Source: Verrucomicrobiales bacterium
GTDB taxonomy: Bacteria > Verrucomicrobiota > Verrucomicrobiia > Limisphaerales > JAQGOY01
Length of the DNA: 54,787 bases
Reading direction: 5' to 3'
NCBI GenBank assembly: GCA_028293375.1
Contig: JAQGOY010000268.1
Location: 1-54,787 of the forward strand
How positions within the stretch are numbered: the stretch's first letter is position 1; each line of letters begins with the position of its first letter. The notes beneath the pieces are model-generated. The model did no database searches, had not been told where the DNA came from, and saw only the letters and a list, made by a program, of their open reading frames with translations. This document shows, in pieces, positions 1-8,204 of the stretch. Made by a program: the position numbers and the translations under genes.

Positions 1-615
1 AAAGCCAACACTTCCTTTCCAGGGTATCGCTGCCGGAAAAGGGCGCTCGTTCCAATCAAGTTTCGCCTTCAGATCGTGGACAAGATGGTCAGCAGTGAGG
101 TTAGTCAGTGAAACTTGAAGAGAGGAAAGGAGGCTCACCAGGAGAATGTTGGTGTTCAGCAGGGATCCCCGCTTTCCTGGGCGACCCAGTCTTCCCGGGT
201 TTTGGCTTCTGGTAGATAAAGCGTTTTCGTTGGGTTTTAATGCCAAAACGACAGTATTGCCTTTTTTGACATAATCCAGCACCGGCAGGTTTTCCTCGAG
301 TCTTGGTTCTTGAAAATCGGCATCGCCAAGCCAAAACAGAAGACGAGGCGGAGATGATTTCAAGGTCGATAGTGGCTGAAAATTCCGGAATACCCGCTCG
401 CGACGAGATTCGTAGAGGCTGTCATAAAGTATCTTCGAGCCGAGCGGGTCTGTGCGAAAACTTGAGTAGGAGGGGTAATTGTCTCCTGTGGAGAATCGCA
501 ATTGGATCAAATGAATTACGCCCAGCGCCATTCCCACGACGACGGCAATCAGAAGAGGAATCTGCCATTTTCGATGGCTCTCCTTCCGGGAAACTGGATT
601 GGAATCCTCGCTCAT
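1..615 (-). CDS. DUF4350-like membrane-anchored protein, N-terminal part only (gene runs off the left edge)
   Basis: Not in the ORF track because it has no stop inside the window. My translation of the minus strand from ATG 615-613 gives MSEDSNPVSRKESHRKWQIPLLIAVVVGMALGVIHL (one TM helix), then ...SYSSFRTDPLGSKILYDSLYE...LLFWLGDADF...VLDYVKKGNTVVLAL..., open to position 1. The pattern resembles DUF4350. ATGA start/stop overlap with the upstream gene at 612-615. Confidence 0.55.
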   Translation of the reverse strand, partial: MSEDSNPVSRKESHRKWQIPLLIAVVVGMALGVIHLIQLRFSTGDNYPSYSSFRTDPLGSKILYDSLYESRRERVFRNFQPLSTLKSSPPRLLFWLGDADFQEPRLEENLPVLDYVKKGNTVVLALKPNENALSTRSQNPGRLGRPGKRGSLLNTNILLVSLLSSLQVSLTNLTADHLVHDLKAKLDWNERPFPAAIPWKGSVGF

Positions 616-2183
616 TTTTGAACAATTGTCAGGGCTGTTGCCTTTACCTGGTCAAGGAATTCGCTGCTCATTTGATATTGGCCGTACCAAACGCAATCAT
701 AAACCGCCACCATGCTGGCAAATTGGCCGGGCAACTGCCCGTGTGTTTTGCCCCGGCGCGCCACTTCTCTTTGATAGTCATGATTAGATTTGTGACGCGC
801 CAATAAAACCAATTGGCGCGTCGCCAAATTAGCGAGGCATCCCAGAAACAGTGCGCGCAAGGCTTTACGATTATCCCCGCGGTCAAACAATTCTTGAGCA
901 AGCGAAAACCAGGAGTCTTCTGGAAGTTGATCAGCCGTCACGGAGTCGTCTTCCAGATCCGGGTTGGTGACCGTGAGAGGGATGACAGTGACGGCACGAA
1001 CTCGCGAGAGGCGCAGCTTGCAAAGGAAATAAACGGTAAATCCAACTACAATCGCAGAAAATAAAGCGAGCAAGCCTTTCGCTCCCAGGCTTCCTGCTCC
1101 AGTGGGTGAATTTACCATAGGTGAACTGGAGGGTCTGAAATAACGAGCAAGTTTGCCTATCAAATTACCTACCCATTGGAAGATGGATTCTATGACGCTT
1201 AACAGGTCGTCAAAAAAGGAGCCGAGCCAGGTTTTGGATTCAATGCCCCTGTTGGCGTTGGGATCTTTGGGCATTCGCCACTGGTACTCCCTGCGCTTAG
1301 AAACCTGTGAAATCTTTTTCTCCAATTCAATCTGCGGCTCGTTGCTGGCTGGCCTGGGGCTTGGGTTTGCCGCCTGCAGTTGAGCCGGTAAGAGACAAAA
1401 CAAGCAAAAACAAATAAGTATCAGCACCGCCCTGGCGAGCCTTGCGGACTTCATCCGCTCCAGGGACGACAGGATGTCATCGCCACTGGTGACTGAATTC
1501 CCGTAAAAACATCGAAGGATGTAAGTCACTTTCACAATGGGGTCAACCAGCATCCATGTGATCATTCCCACAGCCATCAGGTAAGTGGTATTTAGAAGTG
1601 AAAGCAAATTCATGGAAACGGCAGTTTCAATTCCAAACACGACTTTCCCCAGGTAAGGGAGAGCGTAAAACGCCAATCCAACATTCACCATGACCATGAT
1701 TGTGAAAAGACTCATTATGAAAAGCATGGCGTGATTTTGACGTGGGGCCACGAAGGCATGCCGACGGGCGAAGTGAACGATTCCTGAAAAGTTCTTTTGT
1801 TCATTGAAGGGGCAAACGTTGGCGCTTTGAAAAAAGGCAACGGCCCAACCCAAGGGCAACGTGATAATGGCACAAATAAGAAGAATCGGCATTCCCAGGG
1901 CCCCGATCAATGCCTGGTGCGCCAGCACGGTAAACAACATTCTCCCCGACCAGGGAATTGTCTCGTGCTTGAAAAGTGCGTGCCTGATTTTCTCGGCAAA
2001 AATCGAATGGAAAAACTTCATTCCAACAAAAAGAAAAGTCAGCAGGAACGAATACCGAATACATCTCTCCGGGGCGAGTGGGCTCTTACTCATGTCCGCA
2101 ACAAAATAAAGAAGTCCGAGGACGAACGGAACGGTTCCCATGTAATACCAAACCAGAGTACTTTTCAGGTTTTGTCTCACCAC
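612..2183 (-). CDS. Polytopic membrane protein with a DUF4129-like C-terminal domain
   Basis: 523-aa ORF with several hydrophobic helices in the N-terminal 250 aa. The C-terminus ...ADQLPEDSWFSLAQELFDRGDNRKALRALFLGCLANLATRQLVLLARHKSNHDYQREV...VWYG matches the DUF4129 pattern as I remember it. The start at 2183 is GTG; an ATG at 2141 is an alternative. Confidence 0.7.
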   Translation of the reverse strand: MVRQNLKSTLVWYYMGTVPFVLGLLYFVADMSKSPLAPERCIRYSFLLTFLFVGMKFFHSIFAEKIRHALFKHETIPWSGRMLFTVLAHQALIGALGMPILLICAIITLPLGWAVAFFQSANVCPFNEQKNFSGIVHFARRHAFVAPRQNHAMLFIMSLFTIMVMVNVGLAFYALPYLGKVVFGIETAVSMNLLSLLNTTYLMAVGMITWMLVDPIVKVTYILRCFYGNSVTSGDDILSSLERMKSARLARAVLILICFCLFCLLPAQLQAANPSPRPASNEPQIELEKKISQVSKRREYQWRMPKDPNANRGIESKTWLGSFFDDLLSVIESIFQWVGNLIGKLARYFRPSSSPMVNSPTGAGSLGAKGLLALFSAIVVGFTVYFLCKLRLSRVRAVTVIPLTVTNPDLEDDSVTADQLPEDSWFSLAQELFDRGDNRKALRALFLGCLANLATRQLVLLARHKSNHDYQREVARRGKTHGQLPGQFASMVAVYDCVWYGQYQMSSEFLDQVKATALTIVQK

Positions 2184-2241
2184 GTAAAACGCCTCTTCAA
2201 GGAGCGAAAAGGCCGTTATTTCGGGACCGTTGGAAGTATTA

Positions 2242-2571
2242 TTAATCAGACAACAATTTCCCTTTCTGCCAAACGGTTCCGTCGTGAAAACTGGAAGGTA
2301 TTTTGATTAGAGCCTGACCAATCGTGTAGAAAAAAAGTGTGGAGACAAAAATGGCTATGCCGAGGTAAAAGGGAATGAGCAGCCAGGCAAGAGACCCTCT
2401 CTTTTTATTTTCAATACCAGTCGATTTTTTAAGGCAGGAAGAACAAACCACCCTGCCATTAAATTCCGAAATACATTCGCGGCAATAAAACTGGATACAT
2501 TCCGGACACCGGGCGACGGCTTCACGGTCTCCGTGGTTTAAACAACGCGCATGAATCAGAGTATTTCCCAT
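2242..2571 (-). CDS. B-box-like Cys/His zinc module protein with one C-terminal TM helix
   Basis: Trimmed from track ORF 2242..2658 to the internal ATG (MGNTLIHARC...), which removes the overlap with the upstream gene. Motif C-x2-H-x8-C-x2-C-x4-C-x2-C-x9-C-x2-C, followed by the hydrophobic stretch LAWLLIPFYLGIAIFVSTLFFYTIG. Confidence 0.6.
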   Translation of the reverse strand: MGNTLIHARCLNHGDREAVARCPECIQFYCRECISEFNGRVVCSSCLKKSTGIENKKRGSLAWLLIPFYLGIAIFVSTLFFYTIGQALIKIPSSFHDGTVWQKGKLLSD

Positions 2572-2587
2572 GCCAATGTGTTTAACT

Positions 2588-3133
2588 CTAGGTATCGGCT
2601 GGCGGGATGTTTTCGCCCACCGCTTCGGTTGGGTTAAATGCAGGAGGAGCCGATCCACCCTGGGATGCGCGAATCAAGGGCAAAAGAATCGCCATGTTTT
2701 TGTCAGCTGTCTTGAGATTGCTGATATTGCCCAGTTTTTCCCGCTGCACGGCAGTCTGGATAAGGACTTCGCAACTGGGCCCTCCTAAAAGATTCAAAAT
2801 TTCAATGGTCGCGACGGCCAGAAAGAAAGGGACTATCAAGAAAAGGAGCTCCCTCGTTCGGGACACCGTCGCCAGAACACCGAACAGGAAGAGAAAAAGC
2901 ATGATGATGCTCATCACGACATTGACCACCGTATACGTCTTGGTTTTTCTAGTGAGAAAAGCCTGCACATCCTTGAAGTAGAATCGCTTGTAATTCTCTT
3001 TATAAGAGCTTTCAGAGATGACCAGAAGAAGATGATCGTCGCAGTAATATGCCAAAACCCTTAGGAGCCCGAGGCTGACGATGGCTCCTTTTCCCGGAAG
3101 TTTTTCATAAACCTTATTTTCGGAAGCATTCAT
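2588..3133 (-). CDS. Hypothetical membrane protein (2 predicted TM helices)
   Basis: 181-aa ORF. Hydrophobic segments VVNVVMSIIMLFLFLFGVLATV and LLFLIVPFFLAVATIEILNLL. The start codon shares one nucleotide with the upstream stop (TAATG at 3131-3135). No recognisable family. Confidence 0.55.
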   Translation of the reverse strand: MNASENKVYEKLPGKGAIVSLGLLRVLAYYCDDHLLLVISESSYKENYKRFYFKDVQAFLTRKTKTYTVVNVVMSIIMLFLFLFGVLATVSRTRELLFLIVPFFLAVATIEILNLLGGPSCEVLIQTAVQREKLGNISNLKTADKNMAILLPLIRASQGGSAPPAFNPTEAVGENIPPADT

Positions 3134-3711
3134 TATTTATGAAAAATGAGGATCATAAACCCCAAGGACCATAAGATTTCCAGAACGGATATAATCGTTA
3201 GAATATAGAACGTTTTGGTTTTTTTGGGTAAAAGATTATCCTTTTGTTTCAAACCTTTGATGGAGTTGTAAAGGCCGGCCGCACCCGTGACCACGCCGAG
3301 AAACATAAACGACAATGGGACTGAAAGGATAACATAGGCCCATGCGGCACGATCATATCGAAAGCCTGTGGACTTAAAGGGTTGAAGTAACCCTTTGGAA
3401 ACTCCGCCGCTTAGACACTGGGCACACAAATGCTTGCCATCGACAGCGACATCACACAGAGGACAGATAAACCTCCCGCAGCCCTCACAACATACCGCTG
3501 CACGTTTTGAAGGGTGAAAGAAGCAGCTCGATTCGCCTTCAATAATTATGTTCTCCCCGGTCGCCCCCGCCTCTGCCACACGATTGAGTGCTGGAAATGT
3601 GACAATGCGAATTTGTTCGGAACAATTAGGGCAAGGCTGTAGCCAGGGGTGATCAAATAATGGCTCGAACAGGGTCGCCTTGCACTTGGGGCATTGAACT
3701 TGTCCTGCCAT
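3133..3711 (-). CDS. Zinc-ribbon + B-box-like Cys/His module membrane protein
   Basis: 192 aa. N-terminal C-x2-C-x15-C-x2-C (CPKC...CPNC), then C-x2-H-x8-C-x2-C-x4-C-x2-C-x9-C-x2-C with the same spacing as in ORF 2242..2571, then 2 TM helices. Only a 3-nt gap to the upstream RDD gene. Confidence 0.65.
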   Translation of the reverse strand: MAGQVQCPKCKATLFEPLFDHPWLQPCPNCSEQIRIVTFPALNRVAEAGATGENIIIEGESSCFFHPSKRAAVCCEGCGRFICPLCDVAVDGKHLCAQCLSGGVSKGLLQPFKSTGFRYDRAAWAYVILSVPLSFMFLGVVTGAAGLYNSIKGLKQKDNLLPKKTKTFYILTIISVLEILWSLGFMILIFHK

Positions 3712-3714
3712 TTT

Positions 3715-4479
3715 CTATCTCGGTTTGATAATCACCCTCGTGGAGGCAATTCGATCATGCAGAGCGCGCTTTTCGTCGTCAAACGCTGCCATGATATAAC
3801 CGATTGAACAAATGAGGCTGCTGATCCACTCCGACATGGTTCTTCCAAGAGCTCTGCCGTAAGAAATGGGTCCTCCTTCAGGGGTCACAACTTGCAATCC
3901 ACAAGCCATCTTTCCAAGGGTGGCCCCGAATCGAGCGAGCATCACGGTATTGTAAATGAGAGGAACCACCAAACCGATGGATAAGCTGGCGGCAATCGCT
4001 CCCAGAGCCAGGGTGCTGCGAGTTGGAGCCATGGCACTACTAATTCCTAAAACGGCAGTGATTCCAAAGTTCACCGCGTACATGACCAACCCATCAACTA
4101 TTTTGGCCAAAAGACGCCTCCAAAACCCGGCGTACTCAAGACTCCCGGGCGCTGCGGCTCCCTCTCTCAGGCGTTGCAAAAACACGGGTTTACATGTGGC
4201 ACATATCAGCTTGCCATTGAAATCCATGACTTCTGCTTTGGGGAACAGGCGCCCGCATTCTGCGCAGCGAACCATGCCGGGAGCAGTGGACAAAGGAGGA
4301 ACCCCTCCGGCATTGGCAGCCCCTGCTCCAAGCACCTGGTTATAACTTTGCCATTGCGGCAGGCCATCCCGCCAAATCAGTGTCTCCCCCGTGATCGCTC
4401 CTGAGGCAAAGAGTTCCGCCAATTCTCCCTGAGAGATTGGCCCGACTTGCTGACCTTCTTTTACGTAATACCAATTCAC
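3715..4479 (-). CDS. GYF_2 (DUF4339) + zinc ribbon + RDD-family membrane protein
   Basis: N-terminus (V/M)NWYYVKEGQQVGPISQGELAELFASGAITGETLIWRDGLPQWQSY is a typical GYF_2 domain. CAEC-x17-CATC zinc ribbon. C-terminal GFWRRLLAKIVDGLV...HDRIASTRVI is typical of the RDD family. GTG start. Confidence 0.8.
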   Translation of the reverse strand: MNWYYVKEGQQVGPISQGELAELFASGAITGETLIWRDGLPQWQSYNQVLGAGAANAGGVPPLSTAPGMVRCAECGRLFPKAEVMDFNGKLICATCKPVFLQRLREGAAAPGSLEYAGFWRRLLAKIVDGLVMYAVNFGITAVLGISSAMAPTRSTLALGAIAASLSIGLVVPLIYNTVMLARFGATLGKMACGLQVVTPEGGPISYGRALGRTMSEWISSLICSIGYIMAAFDDEKRALHDRIASTRVIIKPR

Positions 4480-4581
4480 ATGATCCCTTGGTTAATCCGG
4501 AGTTGCCCCGGTTTTTCAGAGAGTAACAGAAAGCAAATAAAAGCCAGTTCTTTTCGGTTTTTCCAATGAGATGAATGAAGA

Positions 4582-5364
4582 TCAGGGAAGCTGCAGCACC
4601 TGGCCGACTCGAACCCTGCGTGGATCTATACCGGGATTTGCGCTTTGGAGACTGGCAAGTTTGACGTTATGTTGCTTCGCTATGCCCGCAAAGGTTTCGC
4701 CTGATTTCACGGTGTGAGTTTTTGCACGTACAGCGGGCTCCGTGACATCTCCCGGCTTGTGGGCATTTGAAGCTGCGCCACTTCCTGGCGTCGTTCCTCG
4801 CGCGGTGGCTGAAGAGCGGACTTCCGGCCGGTCAACATTCGGCGTTGCCATGGCATTAGTGACTGGAGGCTGAGGAACAGGCCGGGAAGCAAGCTGGGCC
4901 GACAATCTTTCGATTTCTTTTTTTTGCTGAATGTTTTCTGCAGAAAGACGATCGAGATCCTTTTGCATTTGCTGGGTTACGGGTCCGAGCACTTCGGTTT
5001 TGGCCAATTCCATTTTACAAACACGAATTTGTTCCCGAGCCCTCTCCGCATACGTGCTTTGAGGCTTTAGAACAAGGTATTCTTCAAAATGGTAGATAGC
5101 CCTGGCGAAATTCTTTTTTCTATCTTCGTAGAGCAAGCCCAACTCAAAATGTGCGGCAGAGGATTTCGGATTGTTGGCCAATGCTTTTTCGAATTCTTCG
5201 ATAGCTCCGTCGTGGTCCAGGCTGATTACTTTATTGCGGCCATTGATATAATGAGCGTCCTTTTCCTCGGCAGTAGGAGTTTCCTGGTTTTGAAAACAAC
5301 CAGTAAACAGAAACAGAACGACCAGGCCCAACCAAGCGCGAATCAACGCGCTATTTAAAGTCAT
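4582..5364 (-). CDS. Lipoprotein with TPR-like repeat, coiled coil and C-terminal LysM domain
   Basis: Lipobox LFLFTGC. TPR-like EFEKALANNPKSSAAHFELGLLYED. C-terminal HTVKSGETFAGIAKQHNVKLASLQSANPGIDPRRVRVGQVLQLP is a LysM motif. Confidence 0.75.
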   Translation of the reverse strand: MTLNSALIRAWLGLVVLFLFTGCFQNQETPTAEEKDAHYINGRNKVISLDHDGAIEEFEKALANNPKSSAAHFELGLLYEDRKKNFARAIYHFEEYLVLKPQSTYAERAREQIRVCKMELAKTEVLGPVTQQMQKDLDRLSAENIQQKKEIERLSAQLASRPVPQPPVTNAMATPNVDRPEVRSSATARGTTPGSGAASNAHKPGDVTEPAVRAKTHTVKSGETFAGIAKQHNVKLASLQSANPGIDPRRVRVGQVLQLP

Positions 5365-5418
5365 GCTTCAGAATTAATTGAAATGGGGTTTTTGGCAAGA
5401 ACAGGCAGCGCGTGAATG

Positions 5419-6126
5419 CTACGATTTGTTCCACCCTTGCTCGAATTCCCCTACAACTGACGGAAAAAACTTTTTGTGCAAATCCGAAAGCCGGGTTTCG
5501 AGGGCGTCATTAACCGATGCAGAAATGAGAACGAGTGTTCCAACCGCATTCAAGTTTGCGTCCAGCTTTGATGCGGCATCCATTCTTTTCTTTAAAGAGC
5601 GATTTACTGACTGCAACTCTTCGTAAAATTTGGATAGGCCGATCAAGTCCAAATCGGGACTGAATCCTTCTTTATAGGCAAAATATTGCTTCAGGAGGTA
5701 GGCGCTCACTGTCCTGAAAAGGTTTTCCTCCAGGGTGGCAAATGGCAGGTGAAAATAAGAAAGCCCTTTGAATTGCGAGAGAACGGGACATGCGCTGGTG
5801 GCCATGATCAGACCAAGAAGGGAGCGCAGGCCTGTCTGCACATCGCACTTTTTAAGATAGGTCCGGTCCGGGGTGATCACTTCGACGGTCGCTCTTTCAA
5901 AAGAAACTATCTCACTAAATCTTTCAGTGACATCGCGAATATCCTTGGCTGCAGGGCAGAGGGGATTTTCACCGATTTTCAGTGGGCAATTGGGACACTG
6001 GTTAAACTCGAGCCGAGTCCACTCCGGAGTTTCCGCAATCCCGCTTGAACATCCTGTGGGCCGCTCCAAATGCACGTTAAACTCTATCGTTCGCCCGTCA
6101 TCGAGAATAAATCGATATGAAATCAT
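5419..6126 (-). CDS. Hypothetical protein (Cys motifs CPNCPL...CPAA, ATSACP); family not recognised
   Basis: Track ORF 5419..6192 starts at TTG; trimmed to ATG 6126 (MISYRFILDDGRTIEF...). Coding-like composition but no domain I can name. Confidence 0.5.
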   Translation of the reverse strand: MISYRFILDDGRTIEFNVHLERPTGCSSGIAETPEWTRLEFNQCPNCPLKIGENPLCPAAKDIRDVTERFSEIVSFERATVEVITPDRTYLKKCDVQTGLRSLLGLIMATSACPVLSQFKGLSYFHLPFATLEENLFRTVSAYLLKQYFAYKEGFSPDLDLIGLSKFYEELQSVNRSLKKRMDAASKLDANLNAVGTLVLISASVNDALETRLSDLHKKFFPSVVGEFEQGWNKS

Positions 6127-6329
6127 ATAAAGGATACAGGGAACTTTCGTTTGTTTCCACGAATCGTTCCTTTTGGGCGAACCAGCGCGCAAAGATCTTT
6201 AATGGATACTCTTTACCTGCACGACACTTTTTTCCGAAAACCGGGCACTGAAAGCAGGTTTCCCATAAAAGAACGGGTATTCAGGTTTCTTTGATTGACT
6301 TTTTTTCTTTTTGAGTCAGGAAGTTACCT

Positions 6330-7727
6330 ATGAACAATTCCCATCTCAATCCTTCATCGTCCCGGCGTGAGTTCATCAAGACATCCACCAAAATTGCGGC
6401 CGTCTCCGCTCTTGCCGGGGTGTCGATCCCTCATGTCCATGCTGCCGAAAGCAATATGATTAGCGTCGCACTTATCGGTTGCGGAGGCCGTGGAGGCGGG
6501 GCTGCTGCCAATGCCTTGTCGGTGACTAAAGGACCCATTCAACTCGTTGCCATGGCTGACGTTTTCGAGTCAAATCTGAATTCCCGCTTCCAGGCGTTGA
6601 AGAAGCAATTCGGAGACAAGGTCAATGTTCCGGATGACCGAAAATTTATTGGTTTCGATGCCTACAAAAAAGCGATGGATTGCCTTAAACCTGGGGACGT
6701 TGCCATATTTACCACCCCGCTCGCCTTTCGCTGGGTCCATTTCACTTATGCCATTGAAAAAGGATTGAACGTTTTCATGGAAAAACCTCTGACTGCTGAC
6801 GGTCCAACATCAAAGCGCATGTTGAAACTTGCCGATGAAGCAGCAGCCAAAAACCTTAAAGTTGGCGTTGGTTTGATGTCCCGTCACAGCCGGGCTTTGC
6901 AGGAAGCCCACAAGAGAATTCAAGATGGTGAAATTGGTGATATCATCCTGATGCGCGGTTACCGAATGCACGGTCCTGCGGGCTCCGCTTTCGCAGGTCC
7001 AAAACCAGCGGGAATGAATGAGACGCTTTACCAGATCAAGAATTTCCACAGCTTCCTGTGGGCCAGCGGCGGCTGCTATAATGATTTTTACATCCATCAC
7101 GTCGATCATTGCTGCTGGATGAAAAATGATTGGCCCGTCAAAGCCCAGGCCATCGGAGGCCGTCATTATCGGGATGCCCAGAGCGTCGATCAAAATTTTG
7201 ATAATTATTCCGTGGAATATACTTTTAAGGACGGCACCAAATTCTACATGGACGGACGTTGCGTGACGGGATGTAATCAGATCTATTCCAGTTATGCTCA
7301 TGGCAGCAAAGGAATGGCTATTCTTTCCAAAGCAAATGATTGCGGGTTCCCCTCAAGCACTTACTCCTCCCAAACTGCATCCACAGAAAAACGCCTGTGG
7401 CTTTCCCCAGAGGTTCAGGGACAACAGGATCCCTATCTCAATGAGTGGAATGACCTGATTGAAGCCATTCGCGACGACAAGCCCTACAGCGAAGTGAAAT
7501 ACGGAGTCTACGCCAGCCTCACCAGTTCAATGGGACGCATGGCGGCACACACCGGCCAGGAAATCACTTTGGAGCAAATGCTCAACAGCGATCACGAATT
7601 CGCTCCCGATATCGACAAAATCACGCTCAACTCGCCAGCCCCCCTTCAGGTGGACAAGAACGGGAAATATCCCGTTCCAATGCCTGGATTCAAGAACGGG
7701 CCCGAATACCGGGAATACTACAGTTAA
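6330..7727 (+). CDS. Gfo/Idh/MocA-family oxidoreductase with twin-arginine (TAT) signal
   Basis: SRREFIKTSTKIAAVSALAG TAT-type signal and Rossmann motif VALIGCGGRGGG. The length and pattern are typical of PVC periplasmic dehydrogenases. Confidence 0.9.
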   Translation: MNNSHLNPSSSRREFIKTSTKIAAVSALAGVSIPHVHAAESNMISVALIGCGGRGGGAAANALSVTKGPIQLVAMADVFESNLNSRFQALKKQFGDKVNVPDDRKFIGFDAYKKAMDCLKPGDVAIFTTPLAFRWVHFTYAIEKGLNVFMEKPLTADGPTSKRMLKLADEAAAKNLKVGVGLMSRHSRALQEAHKRIQDGEIGDIILMRGYRMHGPAGSAFAGPKPAGMNETLYQIKNFHSFLWASGGCYNDFYIHHVDHCCWMKNDWPVKAQAIGGRHYRDAQSVDQNFDNYSVEYTFKDGTKFYMDGRCVTGCNQIYSSYAHGSKGMAILSKANDCGFPSSTYSSQTASTEKRLWLSPEVQGQQDPYLNEWNDLIEAIRDDKPYSEVKYGVYASLTSSMGRMAAHTGQEITLEQMLNSDHEFAPDIDKITLNSPAPLQVDKNGKYPVPMPGFKNGPEYREYYS

Positions 7728-7743
7728 TCCTTCAGCTTTATGC

Positions 7744-7778
7744 AAAGCGGACTTCGAAAGAGGTCCGCTTTTTTGTTT
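7744..7778 (+). terminator. Rho-independent terminator after the oxidoreductase gene
   Basis: AAAGCGGAC...GTCCGCTTT 9-bp stem followed by TTTTTTGTTT. Confidence 0.7.
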
Positions 7779-7797
7779 ATGAGGGCCATTGCACATT

Positions 7798-7821
7798 ATA
7801 GTTGACTAATTAGTCAATTAT
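7798..7821. promoter_or_regulatory. Operator-like palindrome (perfect 16-bp core TTGACTAATTAGTCAA at 7802-7817)
   Basis: ATAGTTGACTAATTAGTCAATTAT read directly. A third half-site, AGTCAACTAT, lies at 7884-7893 immediately before ATG 7896. Confidence 0.45.
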
Positions 7822-7895
7822 GAGAAGTTAGTGCCGCTGGTTGATTTTCAAATGGAATACACCAGTATTTTAGTAAACTATTAAGTCAACTATTT

Positions 7896-8204
7896 ATGAC
7901 CATACGCTCCACATCCTCTTCGACAACCTCCAGGGTCAGAGTTTGCGCACGTCTTAACAGCCCCACCTGCCCTCCTCTCGCTACCCTGAAGCAGAAGGTG
8001 CACTCCACTTACCAAAATCGTTTCCCGGAGCATTCCCACTTATTCAGACTGGCCCTTAATGAAGCCGAAGCCGCAGCTCAGGAAAGCGGTTATCCTGGAT
8101 TATTTTTCCCCGGGCTTGCGGAGGAAAAAACCTCACGAATTGCCGCCTGGATACATCATCAAAAAACGATCAAACAAAATAGCGAAACATCCTTGACCGC
8201 TTAA
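7896..8204 (+). CDS. Small hypothetical protein (102 aa)
   Basis: ORF preceded by the operator-like sites. The motif LFRLALNEAEAAAQESGYPGLFFPGLAEEK looks like a conserved small-protein motif I have seen in PVC/Acidobacteria hypotheticals (memory only). Confidence 0.4.
   Translation: MTIRSTSSSTTSRVRVCARLNSPTCPPLATLKQKVHSTYQNRFPEHSHLFRLALNEAEAAAQESGYPGLFFPGLAEEKTSRIAAWIHHQKTIKQNSETSLTA

Noticed and set aside
6295-6318. TTGACT-N13-AGTCA inverted repeat just upstream of the oxidoreductase start, sharing the half-site of the 7802 palindrome.
   Set aside because: The arms are only 5-6 bp with different spacing (13 versus 4) and sit in a T-rich stretch. This could be chance or simply a -35-like hexamer, so it is not enough to call a shared operator.
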